Shown piece by piece: positions 26,485 to 34,802 of a DNA stretch of 63,688 bases. The first letter of the stretch is position 1; each line of letters starts with the position of its first letter. The stretch is from Bacteroidetes bacterium GWF2_49_14. GTDB taxonomy: Bacteria > Bacteroidota > Bacteroidia > Bacteroidales > UBA12481. Location: positions 1 to 63,688 of the forward strand of contig MEOR01000154.1 in the NCBI GenBank assembly GCA_001769295.1. Direction: 5' to 3'. Made by a program: the position numbers and the translations under genes. Under the pieces are notes generated by a model. It was not told the DNA's origin and made no database searches. It was given only the letters and a program-made list of their open reading frames with translations.

Positions 26485-29124
26485 ATGCGGTGGAAGGTTA
26501 TCAAATACCTGATCTTATTCCTGCTGGTTCCTGAATGTTTCATACCTGCAAGAGCTCAGGAAACACATTTTCCATTCTATTGGAATTCAAGTAATTCAAC
26601 AAAGCTGGCTGGTGATGTTTCCGTACGAATAACCGCCCAGCCCGATGGCCAGACTTTTCTGGTGGATCTGGCAGTTTCCTGGTTCGACAAGGTTGGCAAA
26701 CCGGTTACCGACCCGGTCATCATGCCGTGGCTCTATCTTTCCTGGGTCGATCTGGAAGTCGTTCCCTCCAACAGCCTTAAATGCGTCTCATCGGAAAGAA
26801 ACCGGAGATTCGAAATCGCCTTTCAGACTTCCGGTAAATTGGTTTTCCTGGCCCAGGATAATTTTGCCGGTAATGCAAGAATCAAGCTTCGATTTCAATA
26901 TGCCCTTACCCAGGAAGATTATCTGAAAGCCGATCTGGAAAAAATCCTGACCGACCGAGGTAACGAAATCGACGTGCAGGTATCGGTGCAGGAACGGGTA
27001 AAACAGACAGATCAGGCCAACCTGAATGCAGACCAGGGAAAACCGGCGGTTTTAAATCCGGCCTTGCTCAACCGGATTTCAGAACAGTATAAAGCCCTCA
27101 AATCGAATATTGACGGCTTCAAAATACGGAAAACCAGGGAAAATGTCGAAGAACGCGCAAGACTCCTCAATTCCAATATGAACAATCCCGGGACTCAAAA
27201 GGCTATCTCTGCTCTTGCTGCTGATATTTCCGCTTTTATTTCAGATATTGATATCTGTCTGGCGGACATTGACCAATCCAGAGGATTCATGAACCAGGAA
27301 GGTGTTCCGGTTGACACGGTTGCCGCGTATCTGAAAAACTACGCCATCCTACGCGATGATGCCGTTGAACTCAAAAGCCTGTACTTCAGGATCAACCTCG
27401 CTACCATAAATTCCGGGACCGAAGGAATTGCCAATCCCATTGACGCAAACCGTGACAGCCTGCTGACTGCAATCCGCAATAAATACAGCCCGGTCCTCAC
27501 GAGGCAGCGGGATTCCCTGTACATGCTTGAGGTAGAATACAGGAAAGTTGCCAGTCCCCTGACAACTGTTTTGCAAAGCGGCAGAAAGAGGCAGATCCGC
27601 ACTGATCAAACCGACTCACTGATTCAGCAGCATGAACGCCTTGGCCTTGAACTATCCCGCCTGCGCGAGGAACATAGCCAGCATTGGACATTCTACCGAA
27701 ACGATATTGCCGGAATGGATCTCATCCCTGATATTGAAAAACTCAGGGGAGAATTTTCCGCCTTTGACCTTACCCTTAATGATTCTTTCAAATCGTTGGA
27801 AAAACTAATTGCTGACAATCGGGAAATTCTCGGCAAATCCAGGGTTTTCTCACCCAATTGGGCCATATGGACCGGCTTTGGCCTGATCCTGGTATTAATC
27901 GGCGTGATTGCTTTGCGCAATTCATATTTCAGAAAGAAGTTAAAGAACGGTGAAGTCAGAATTCTTGAAAACGGTACGGTTGCGATTCAGCCTGCAAAAA
28001 CAGGAGACTCCAATATTTTCTCGGAAGGCGTGCCGGAAGGATATTTTACTGTTGACCTTGCAGAGAGCATGCCTGATTCCATCATCGGACGAATTCACTA
28101 CAGTAACGCTGCCATTAAGTCAATCTACCAGCTGGTCCATGGAGCTTTCATTGAAAAGAGACCTGGTGATTTTGGCGGCTATCTGTTTGGAAGCCAGTAT
28201 AAAATGGGAGCTAATGGGAGCTCCCGTTTTGAAATTATAATTGAGAAGGCCTGCTCATCCAAATGCCTTCGGTCAGACATTGAGAACGACATGGGCGCGC
28301 GGGCCGACCTGGTTGATGAACTCGATGAGCTCGTTCGCCAAAACAAAAAATATCTGCTGTTGGGATGGTTCACCTCAAGCGCCGACAATACACTTGAAAT
28401 GAAAGAGGGGTTGATGAAGATCCATCGCACTTTCTTCAAGGAAAAATGGCAGATCGGCATCAATACCAATCCGGGCTCCAGTGAACTCGTCAGCGCTGTC
28501 TTTCTGCGCAGGCGCTCAGGCTACTTTGATCCATTTCCGGATCCATCCTCCTTTATCAGGATTGAGGAACTGTACCAGCATGCCGTCAATCCCCCGGCAT
28601 TTGCACGCGAATCCCAGCCAATCGCAAACCGGGAATTGGCAGATTATTCCAGACTTGAGTTTAACCCAACCTGGTCGGATACCATGGTCCGGTCAGTCAG
28701 TTTTCACAGGGACGTTGTCCACGAAATCAAACAGGCATCCGGACTGGTATCGGTTCCGCTTGAATCCTACCAGGTCGTTGGGTACCTTTATGGAAGCTGC
28801 CAATCATCGGGTTCTACCGAAGGCAAATCCATACAGTATGACCTCTATGTCGAAAGGTTTATTGAACTGTCCAACGAGTCTAACCCACGGGAAATACCCG
28901 GCTTAACCCTTTTGGGCTGGTGGAGCCAGGGAAAATCCGAAATATTTACCTACCTGCCGACAGCCATCAGCTTCCATATACAAAGCTTCCGGGAACCCTA
29001 TCAGATTGCGTGTCTCAGCAAATCTCCCGAGGGCGAAATCAGGGTTTTTGCACGTAAATCAAACCTTGAAATGAACAACAGCGTCATCGAAACGGAGGAA
29101 TTCAACCTTCGCCAGTTGCTTTAA
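26485..29124 (+). CDS. Bitopic membrane protein: signal peptide, about 430-aa extracytoplasmic beta plus coiled-coil region, one TM, and a cytoplasmic tandem degenerate MPN/JAB-like pair
   Basis: 879 aa. Signal peptide MRWKVIKYLILFLLVPECFIPARAQ, and TM WAIWTGFGLILVLIGVIAL followed by RNSYFRKKLK (positive-inside). There are two C-terminal segments with the MPN layout (FGGYLFG...LLLGWFTSSADN...AVFLRR and VVGYLYG...LLGWWSQGKSE...IRVFARK). Neither has the HxH metal motif. Confidence 0.8.
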   Translation: MRWKVIKYLILFLLVPECFIPARAQETHFPFYWNSSNSTKLAGDVSVRITAQPDGQTFLVDLAVSWFDKVGKPVTDPVIMPWLYLSWVDLEVVPSNSLKCVSSERNRRFEIAFQTSGKLVFLAQDNFAGNARIKLRFQYALTQEDYLKADLEKILTDRGNEIDVQVSVQERVKQTDQANLNADQGKPAVLNPALLNRISEQYKALKSNIDGFKIRKTRENVEERARLLNSNMNNPGTQKAISALAADISAFISDIDICLADIDQSRGFMNQEGVPVDTVAAYLKNYAILRDDAVELKSLYFRINLATINSGTEGIANPIDANRDSLLTAIRNKYSPVLTRQRDSLYMLEVEYRKVASPLTTVLQSGRKRQIRTDQTDSLIQQHERLGLELSRLREEHSQHWTFYRNDIAGMDLIPDIEKLRGEFSAFDLTLNDSFKSLEKLIADNREILGKSRVFSPNWAIWTGFGLILVLIGVIALRNSYFRKKLKNGEVRILENGTVAIQPAKTGDSNIFSEGVPEGYFTVDLAESMPDSIIGRIHYSNAAIKSIYQLVHGAFIEKRPGDFGGYLFGSQYKMGANGSSRFEIIIEKACSSKCLRSDIENDMGARADLVDELDELVRQNKKYLLLGWFTSSADNTLEMKEGLMKIHRTFFKEKWQIGINTNPGSSELVSAVFLRRRSGYFDPFPDPSSFIRIEELYQHAVNPPAFARESQPIANRELADYSRLEFNPTWSDTMVRSVSFHRDVVHEIKQASGLVSVPLESYQVVGYLYGSCQSSGSTEGKSIQYDLYVERFIELSNESNPREIPGLTLLGWWSQGKSEIFTYLPTAISFHIQSFREPYQIACLSKSPEGEIRVFARKSNLEMNNSVIETEEFNLRQLL

Positions 29125-29181
29125 ACTTGGATTGGTTTATTTTTGTGCCTCGGAGCCTTTTGTTATTCAAGTTTGACCACG

Positions 29182-30429
29182 ATGAATCTTCGCCTTTCCT
29201 GCTTTTTTGCTTTGTCGCTTCTTGCCTTTGGATTTAACAGGCATTCGGCGAACGCGCAGGAAAATGAAAACTGGGTGCCGGATTCAATAAAATCCACGGT
29301 TACCGAACTTCTAAAAAAATACGAGTTTTACCATAATAGCCTTTCCAGCGATTCAGATCCTGATAAAGAGATTTCATTTATCCGGTTGTTTGCCAATCCC
29401 AAGATTCTTGTCTTATCCGATTTTGCAGGTGATTCTGCCATCAGCAAAATAAGCATCCAGGATTATTCTGCCTCGATTATTGAAAATTTTCCGAAAGGAG
29501 TCACAGTAAGGCTTCTTTTTTCCAGCCTGATGATAGGCAAACCTCATTTCGACCGCAATGACAGGTATATCCTGAAAGCAAGGATTACACAGTCCAAAAC
29601 CGGGATATCCTCCGGTAAGGTACTTACATCAACACGAACCGTATTATTCAGGATTGCCTTTACATGGACCGGAGATAAAGCAACTGACTTTGAAATTTAT
29701 GGAATTGATGAAGCCCCGGTTCAGCAAAATGTTTTTGGAATTGAGGCAGGACCAGGCCTGTCGGTCCTGACAAACAGCGATATTGCCGGAGATGACAGGT
29801 TTGGCCTGATGTATCGTCCTGGATACCAGGCTTCATTTCAGTACAGCCATTACTTTAATGCGCATTGGGGGCTTTCGGCCGGCATCCGCTATGGACGTAT
29901 CGGAAGTGTTCTCACATTGGATTCTATCGATCCTTACCAAGGCTTCAATCCCGGTTTCTCGGATGTTGTTTTTTCAAATCGCCTTTGGCAGATCTCAATT
30001 CCGATGCTCCTGTCGTGGCAGTACAGGTTTAACAATCGTTGGGGAGCTTATGCAGATGCAGGGCCGATGGTTTCCGTGAGACTTTTTGAGACTCAGCAGG
30101 TCTCAGGATTCAGTGAAAGCCGTGGGAAAATCCTCGACAACATCATCAGCGATCCCGGCTGGATTTCGGAGATGAACCGGTTCTCGGTGAATATCTGCCT
30201 TGATGCCGGTCTCCTTCTTCGAATCAATCCAACTATTCAGATGGGCGCAGGAATAGGAATTAATCATGGGCTTACTTCACTTGACCATGGCATCCATTAT
30301 AACTATGAGGTTGCCAGGTACCTTGGGCAGTTTAATCCACTGTGGGGCTCCGATAAGGCAACAATTGCCAGGTCAGCTGCGCTGAAATTAAGATTGACTT
30401 TTACATTGAAAAACGAATCGGAGCGATGA
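29182..30429 (+). CDS. Outer-membrane beta-barrel protein with an N-terminal soluble domain of about 170 aa
   Basis: The track ORF starts at 29143. The likely start is ATG 29182 (MNLRLSCFFALSLLAFGFNRHSANAQ). The C-terminal half has alternating hydrophobic strands with Gly/aromatic girdles (GLSAGIRYG, GAYADAGPMVSVRLF, AALKLRLTFTL), like small porin / OMP_b-brl-type barrels. Confidence 0.7.
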   Translation: MNLRLSCFFALSLLAFGFNRHSANAQENENWVPDSIKSTVTELLKKYEFYHNSLSSDSDPDKEISFIRLFANPKILVLSDFAGDSAISKISIQDYSASIIENFPKGVTVRLLFSSLMIGKPHFDRNDRYILKARITQSKTGISSGKVLTSTRTVLFRIAFTWTGDKATDFEIYGIDEAPVQQNVFGIEAGPGLSVLTNSDIAGDDRFGLMYRPGYQASFQYSHYFNAHWGLSAGIRYGRIGSVLTLDSIDPYQGFNPGFSDVVFSNRLWQISIPMLLSWQYRFNNRWGAYADAGPMVSVRLFETQQVSGFSESRGKILDNIISDPGWISEMNRFSVNICLDAGLLLRINPTIQMGAGIGINHGLTSLDHGIHYNYEVARYLGQFNPLWGSDKATIARSAALKLRLTFTLKNESER

Positions 30430-30797
30430 AAAAACTGCAACAAGGAATTCGGTTTTTGTTTTGCATCAGCATCCTGACAGGGCTGCTCGCTGCTTGTGAA
30501 AAGCCCGATAATCTGCCGCAGCTGGAAATTCGCATTCTTGATATAAACGAACAGCCTGTTGCCGGGGCTTTTTCCGCACTGTTCGAAACCTATGAAGATT
30601 GGCTCGCGCGTGAAGATCCGGTCCAGGTTTGGAGAAGATCCGATTCCGGAGGTAAAATCCTTTTTACAGACCTTGAAGAAAAAATCTATTTCATTTACGT
30701 CCGGAATTCCGAGGCCGACAATTCATTGGATGAAATCAGCCTTGCTGAACCCCTGAAGATAAATTACAAAACTGAGGTTACCATTCATATTCGATAG
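30426..30797 (+). CDS. Small lipoprotein (beta-sandwich-like)
   Basis: 123 aa with lipobox LLAAC. Its ATG overlaps the previous stop (ATGA at 30426-30429). Confidence 0.7.
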   Translation: MKKLQQGIRFLFCISILTGLLAACEKPDNLPQLEIRILDINEQPVAGAFSALFETYEDWLAREDPVQVWRRSDSGGKILFTDLEEKIYFIYVRNSEADNSLDEISLAEPLKINYKTEVTIHIR

Positions 30798-30804
30798 ACC
30801 CCCT

Positions 30805-33108
30805 TTGAAACACCACTCAAAATATCGCCCACTGATCTGTTTTCTTATTGCAGTGCTGCTTGCTTCACAGGCTTGCCAGAGAGAAGAGGTCGTTCCGGTT
30901 ATGGGTGGTACAGGAAGTAAAGGAACCGTTCGCAATCCTTCGGTTCTGGTTCTTGACACTTTGGCACTGACCAATCCGGTAAGAGTCAATGGACAGGTTA
31001 GATTCGATGTTATAGGCAGCCTGTCCGAAATCAGAAAGGGTGACAAGATATTCTATCCTGCGGGCGAGGGTATTTATGGGGTTGTAAGCCAGTCATTTCA
31101 AACTGATTCAAGATTGACGCTGGGAGTATCCCGGGTGCCACTATCGGCATTCTGGCCAGAGGTTATCCTCGGGGACTCTGTTGTGAGTGGCCTGCTTGTC
31201 TCCAGGGAGCGCATGTTCGCCGAATCATGGGTAACAGATACTCTATCCCTTGAAAACCTCGTAATGTTTAATGACGAATGGCAAGGGAGCCACCTGAAAG
31301 TCTTACTGCCTGAAGTAAAGGTTTCATCTTCTGCTTTGATTTTTCAGCAGATCGGTGCGGCCGGTGAAAATCCATGGCTGAGACGATTTTCAATCGGCAC
31401 CGGTTATAAGATGTATCTTAAAGGAATCTTGCAGGTTGAGTCAACCGGAGCCCTGAATGCCAGCGATAGCCTCCTGTTGGAAGAATCAGTATATGGCCCC
31501 TGTAAAACAGGAGACCTGCCGGTATATTACACAATAAAAACCTGGCTCGGCTACTCCGTTTTAACGAAGTCGGATACAACCCTGGAATTCAGCTTTCAGG
31601 ATGACCAGACAGGCTTTTCGGGTTTTTCAAATAATTATTGGTCGGGCTGGAAATCATCTGAACAATCAGAGGTGAGCAATTCAATGATCATCCCTGTTAA
31701 AGCCCCGACCTTTAGTGGATTCTATGCGGAAGTATTTGTCAGCCAGCAAATTATTCCGATATTTTGCGGTGAGCCCGGTTTGCAGCAAACTAACAGGATA
31801 TCAGAATCCATCCTCAGGGAGGTTACCCTTCCTGAGTGGTCTCAGAAAATCCAATCCGATTTTAGCAGTCGCATAAGTCCGGCCGGACAGGCACTCGGTG
31901 ACTTTTCAACACTCATGGTTCCTGAACAGCGACGGAGCAGTTACCTCATCTCCGGGTCTGGCAGTCTGCCGAATCAAAAACCCCGCGCCCTGTTTACCAT
32001 CAGCCCCAAGACCGGTTTTACGGTTACCAGCTTTGAATTTAATGCGGCCGGTTCTTCAGACCTCGAATCATCTCCTGAACAATTAAGCGTACGTTGGGAT
32101 TATGAATCGGATGGTACTTTTGATACGGACTATTCTTTAAATAAAGTTTCTTACCACATTTTCCCGGTACCCGGGTCGTATCAGGTTACCCTGGAGGTCA
32201 GGGATCCGGAAGGCCTGACCGACCGTTATTCTCTCAATGTCGATGTAAATATATCCTCCTCAGCTCCAATTGCACATTTTGAAGTCTCGCCCCAAAATGG
32301 AAGAATCAGCACCCTGTTTCTTTTTGATGCATCAGGATGCTATGATGTTCAGGATCCAATAAATACACTGCAGGTACGGTGGGATTTTAACGGAGACGGT
32401 GAGTGGGATACTCCCTGGTCAACATTTAAGTCTCAGAGCTATTTCTTCCGGAATCCGGGTAATTACATAACAAAACTCGAAGTCCTAGATACAGAGGGTC
32501 TTACTGGTTCAACCAGCAGGCTCATAAAGGTTGAGAATGTTAACATCAAGCCTACCGCAGTTTTTAAGGTTGATCCTCAAAAAGGCACAACGGAAACCCT
32601 GTTTACTTTCGATGCCAGTGGGTCGACCGATCCCGAGGACGCCTCCGATTTGTTACGTGTACGCTGGGACTGGAATAACGACGGGTACTGGGATACGGAA
32701 TACCGCACCATTAAATCCATTCAGCACCGGTTCACCGAAGCCGGAACACATACGGTTGTACTTGAGGTGACGGATACAGAGGGTTTTGCCAGTACCTTTG
32801 ACAAAACCATACCGATCTCAAATCCCAATACCCCGCCAATTGCTGATTTTGCGGTTAATCCTACTGAAGGAACCACCGAAACTCTTTTTGAGTTTGATGC
32901 ATCCGGATGCACTGATAACGAAGATAACCTTGAACAGCTCGAAGTTAGATGGGATTGGGACAACGATAATAATTACGATACAGACTTCGTAACTGAAAAG
33001 GTGCTGAGGAGGACTTTCAGTACCCCTGGTACATATATTATCATAGTACAGGTAAGGGATTCCGGCGGATTAACCGATACCAAAGCCCGCCTTTTGGTTA
33101 TCAGGTAA
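30805..33108 (+). CDS. Lipoprotein with an unknown N-terminal region of about 390 aa and four C-terminal PKD-like repeats
   Basis: 767 aa with a TTG start, 7 nt after the previous stop. Lipobox-like LLASQAC. The C-terminal block has four repeated units, listed as a separate repeat feature. Confidence 0.8.
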   Translation: MKHHSKYRPLICFLIAVLLASQACQREEVVPVMGGTGSKGTVRNPSVLVLDTLALTNPVRVNGQVRFDVIGSLSEIRKGDKIFYPAGEGIYGVVSQSFQTDSRLTLGVSRVPLSAFWPEVILGDSVVSGLLVSRERMFAESWVTDTLSLENLVMFNDEWQGSHLKVLLPEVKVSSSALIFQQIGAAGENPWLRRFSIGTGYKMYLKGILQVESTGALNASDSLLLEESVYGPCKTGDLPVYYTIKTWLGYSVLTKSDTTLEFSFQDDQTGFSGFSNNYWSGWKSSEQSEVSNSMIIPVKAPTFSGFYAEVFVSQQIIPIFCGEPGLQQTNRISESILREVTLPEWSQKIQSDFSSRISPAGQALGDFSTLMVPEQRRSSYLISGSGSLPNQKPRALFTISPKTGFTVTSFEFNAAGSSDLESSPEQLSVRWDYESDGTFDTDYSLNKVSYHIFPVPGSYQVTLEVRDPEGLTDRYSLNVDVNISSSAPIAHFEVSPQNGRISTLFLFDASGCYDVQDPINTLQVRWDFNGDGEWDTPWSTFKSQSYFFRNPGNYITKLEVLDTEGLTGSTSRLIKVENVNIKPTAVFKVDPQKGTTETLFTFDASGSTDPEDASDLLRVRWDWNNDGYWDTEYRTIKSIQHRFTEAGTHTVVLEVTDTEGFASTFDKTIPISNPNTPPIADFAVNPTEGTTETLFEFDASGCTDNEDNLEQLEVRWDWDNDNNYDTDFVTEKVLRRTFSTPGTYIIIVQVRDSGGLTDTKARLLVIR
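31975..33105 (+). repeat. Four tandem PKD-domain coding repeats (about 94 aa each)
   Basis: Repeated blocks FxFxAxGSxD...L.VRWDxxxDGxxDT...G.Y.V.LEV.D.EGL read in the translation of 30805..33108. Confidence 0.8.
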
Positions 33109-34155
33109 CTACTTGAGATAAACTTCCCAGGCTTTTCCCAATGATTCGCGGATAACATCCCGAAGCCATTCAGGCTTTAAAACTTCAACACGGTGTCCGT
33201 ATCCCAGAATCTGCATTTTCAATTCATCGGAGGCTATCACCTCGATCCGGATGCGATAGGATCCATCCGGCTCTTTATCGGCGTGCTGCGAGGAATGAAG
33301 CGGATTGGCAAGTATATACCCGGCTTGCACCGGATCTGCCAATAATTCAATCATTTCGGGAACACCGGAATAGGTGCCAATCCCAAAGCTGTGCTTGAAG
33401 AATCGCTCAGGATCAAATTCGGGGTCCATCCTGAAGAACTCATCAGCTACTTTCAATCCTGAGATCCGGTCGAGTCCCAGGGTCCGGATTTTATCCAGGG
33501 CAGTATCTTTTCCAACAACATACCAGAGGTTTTTATTCTCTTTCAGCAGGTACGGGTGATAGATATAGTGCCTTGGCCGGCCATCGGTATAGGGGGTGTA
33601 ATCAAACTCGACCGTATGAAACTGCCTGATGGCATCAAGCAGGCAAGGGAGGTGCTCCTGTCCGGAGCTAACCGTGGTGCTCTCAAATTGAATGGCTTGT
33701 CCGAGGTTTGGTTCCGTGAGCTGGTCGGCCAGGGTTATGCGATCCTGGATCTTGTTGATGGCATTCTCCAGGTCCTTGAATATCTGACTGTTCCTGAAAT
33801 GGCTCAGCGTATGGAGCGCCAGCCGTATGAGTTCAACATCCTCCTGAGTCAGAGGAAGATTGATGCTGAATTCCGGATCCGAATAGTAATATCCCCCTTC
33901 CAGCCGGTTGAACAGAATGGGGGCATACCCGAGGGCCGACTCATTCTTAAGGGCCCAGATGTCCTTCTCAATGGTCGATAAGGAAATGTTGCCGCCAGAT
34001 GAGGATCCGTACAAAGCCTCTTCGCAGGCCTGCCTGAGGTTTTCTTTTGATGGATAAGGCTTCGACCGGCTCCGGATGCATTGGTCGATGATCCTGTATC
34101 GTATTGCTGCGTATTTATTTAGCGCCATTTCTCCATTTTGAATGATTTCCTGCAT
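33109..34155 (-). CDS. WYL-domain transcriptional regulator (wHTH - WYL - WCX architecture)
   Basis: 348 aa. N-terminal HTH (KYAAIRYRIIDQCI...STIEKDIWALK), WYL core (HYIYHPYLLKENKNLWYVVGKDTALDKIRTLGLDRI) and a C-terminal GYGHRVEVLKPEWLRDVIRESL. ATG 34128 is an alternative start. Confidence 0.88.
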   Translation of the reverse strand: MQEIIQNGEMALNKYAAIRYRIIDQCIRSRSKPYPSKENLRQACEEALYGSSSGGNISLSTIEKDIWALKNESALGYAPILFNRLEGGYYYSDPEFSINLPLTQEDVELIRLALHTLSHFRNSQIFKDLENAINKIQDRITLADQLTEPNLGQAIQFESTTVSSGQEHLPCLLDAIRQFHTVEFDYTPYTDGRPRHYIYHPYLLKENKNLWYVVGKDTALDKIRTLGLDRISGLKVADEFFRMDPEFDPERFFKHSFGIGTYSGVPEMIELLADPVQAGYILANPLHSSQHADKEPDGSYRIRIEVIASDELKMQILGYGHRVEVLKPEWLRDVIRESLGKAWEVYLK

Positions 34156-34171
34156 CTAAATATAAAAAAAG

Positions 34172-34198
34172 CCACAACGTAAATAGGTTACGTTGTGG
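34172..34198. promoter_or_regulatory. Perfect 11-bp inverted repeat (CCACAACGTAA-N5-TTACGTTGTGG), candidate operator
   Basis: Read directly in the divergent region between the WYL regulator and the 34233 gene. Confidence 0.5.
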
Positions 34199-34232
34199 TA
34201 AAGTTCCTTTGAATCAAAATAAAATACCACAA

Positions 34233-34802
34233 ATGAACGACGAGAGGAAAAACGCAGAAAAAAGACTTTGGCAATCAATCGCCCGGGTCGCACAGGATTC
34301 AGGAAAAGAAGCAGGCTGGGAGTATCTGGGATATGCTTGCAGCCAAAAGAAAATTCATGATCTGGTTCTTAAATTTCACCAGGACCCCCGGCACCCCGGA
34401 TTTTACGGGTTGCGAATTCCGATAGGTGAGGTCGGCGGCATGAAGGTTTCCATGATCCTTGAAAACCAAAAGGAGCTTGTAATCGGTATCCAGATGGAGG
34501 ATCCGGAAGACAATACAGTTGAATCCGGTGCTTTCGACCTGTACAGGGATTTTTGCAACCGGTTGTCTGAATCAGGCCGCGACTGGCAGCTTGATTCGCC
34601 CGGATGGCTGGCCTGGAAAACCCCCGAGGTCAGGCTTAACTTCAGGGCCGTCAATAACCGGGCTTTCCAGGATATCATTCAGGGCCGCGACAATTCCGAA
34701 GCCCTGTACCTGATTACGGAGGAAGTTACGGATTTGGTAGAGGAAGTATCGGAATTAATTGTAAATCAGAAGGTTGTAGAGTATGGAGCCGTTACTAATT
34801 AG
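34233..34802 (+). CDS. Hypothetical cytoplasmic protein (189 aa)
   Basis: The track ORF starts at TTG 34209. The first ATG is at 34233 (MNDERKNAEKRLWQSIARV). It is divergent from the WYL regulator and has no recognised motif. Confidence 0.6.
   Translation: MNDERKNAEKRLWQSIARVAQDSGKEAGWEYLGYACSQKKIHDLVLKFHQDPRHPGFYGLRIPIGEVGGMKVSMILENQKELVIGIQMEDPEDNTVESGAFDLYRDFCNRLSESGRDWQLDSPGWLAWKTPEVRLNFRAVNNRAFQDIIQGRDNSEALYLITEEVTDLVEEVSELIVNQKVVEYGAVTN

Noticed and set aside
31975-33105. The repetitive DNA of the four PKD units as a possible mobile or hypervariable cassette.
   Set aside because: The repeats are in frame within one ORF and are diverged at the nucleotide level. There are no flanking recombinase or template-repeat features, so there is no sign of a DGR or shufflon. 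They are ordinary domain repeats.
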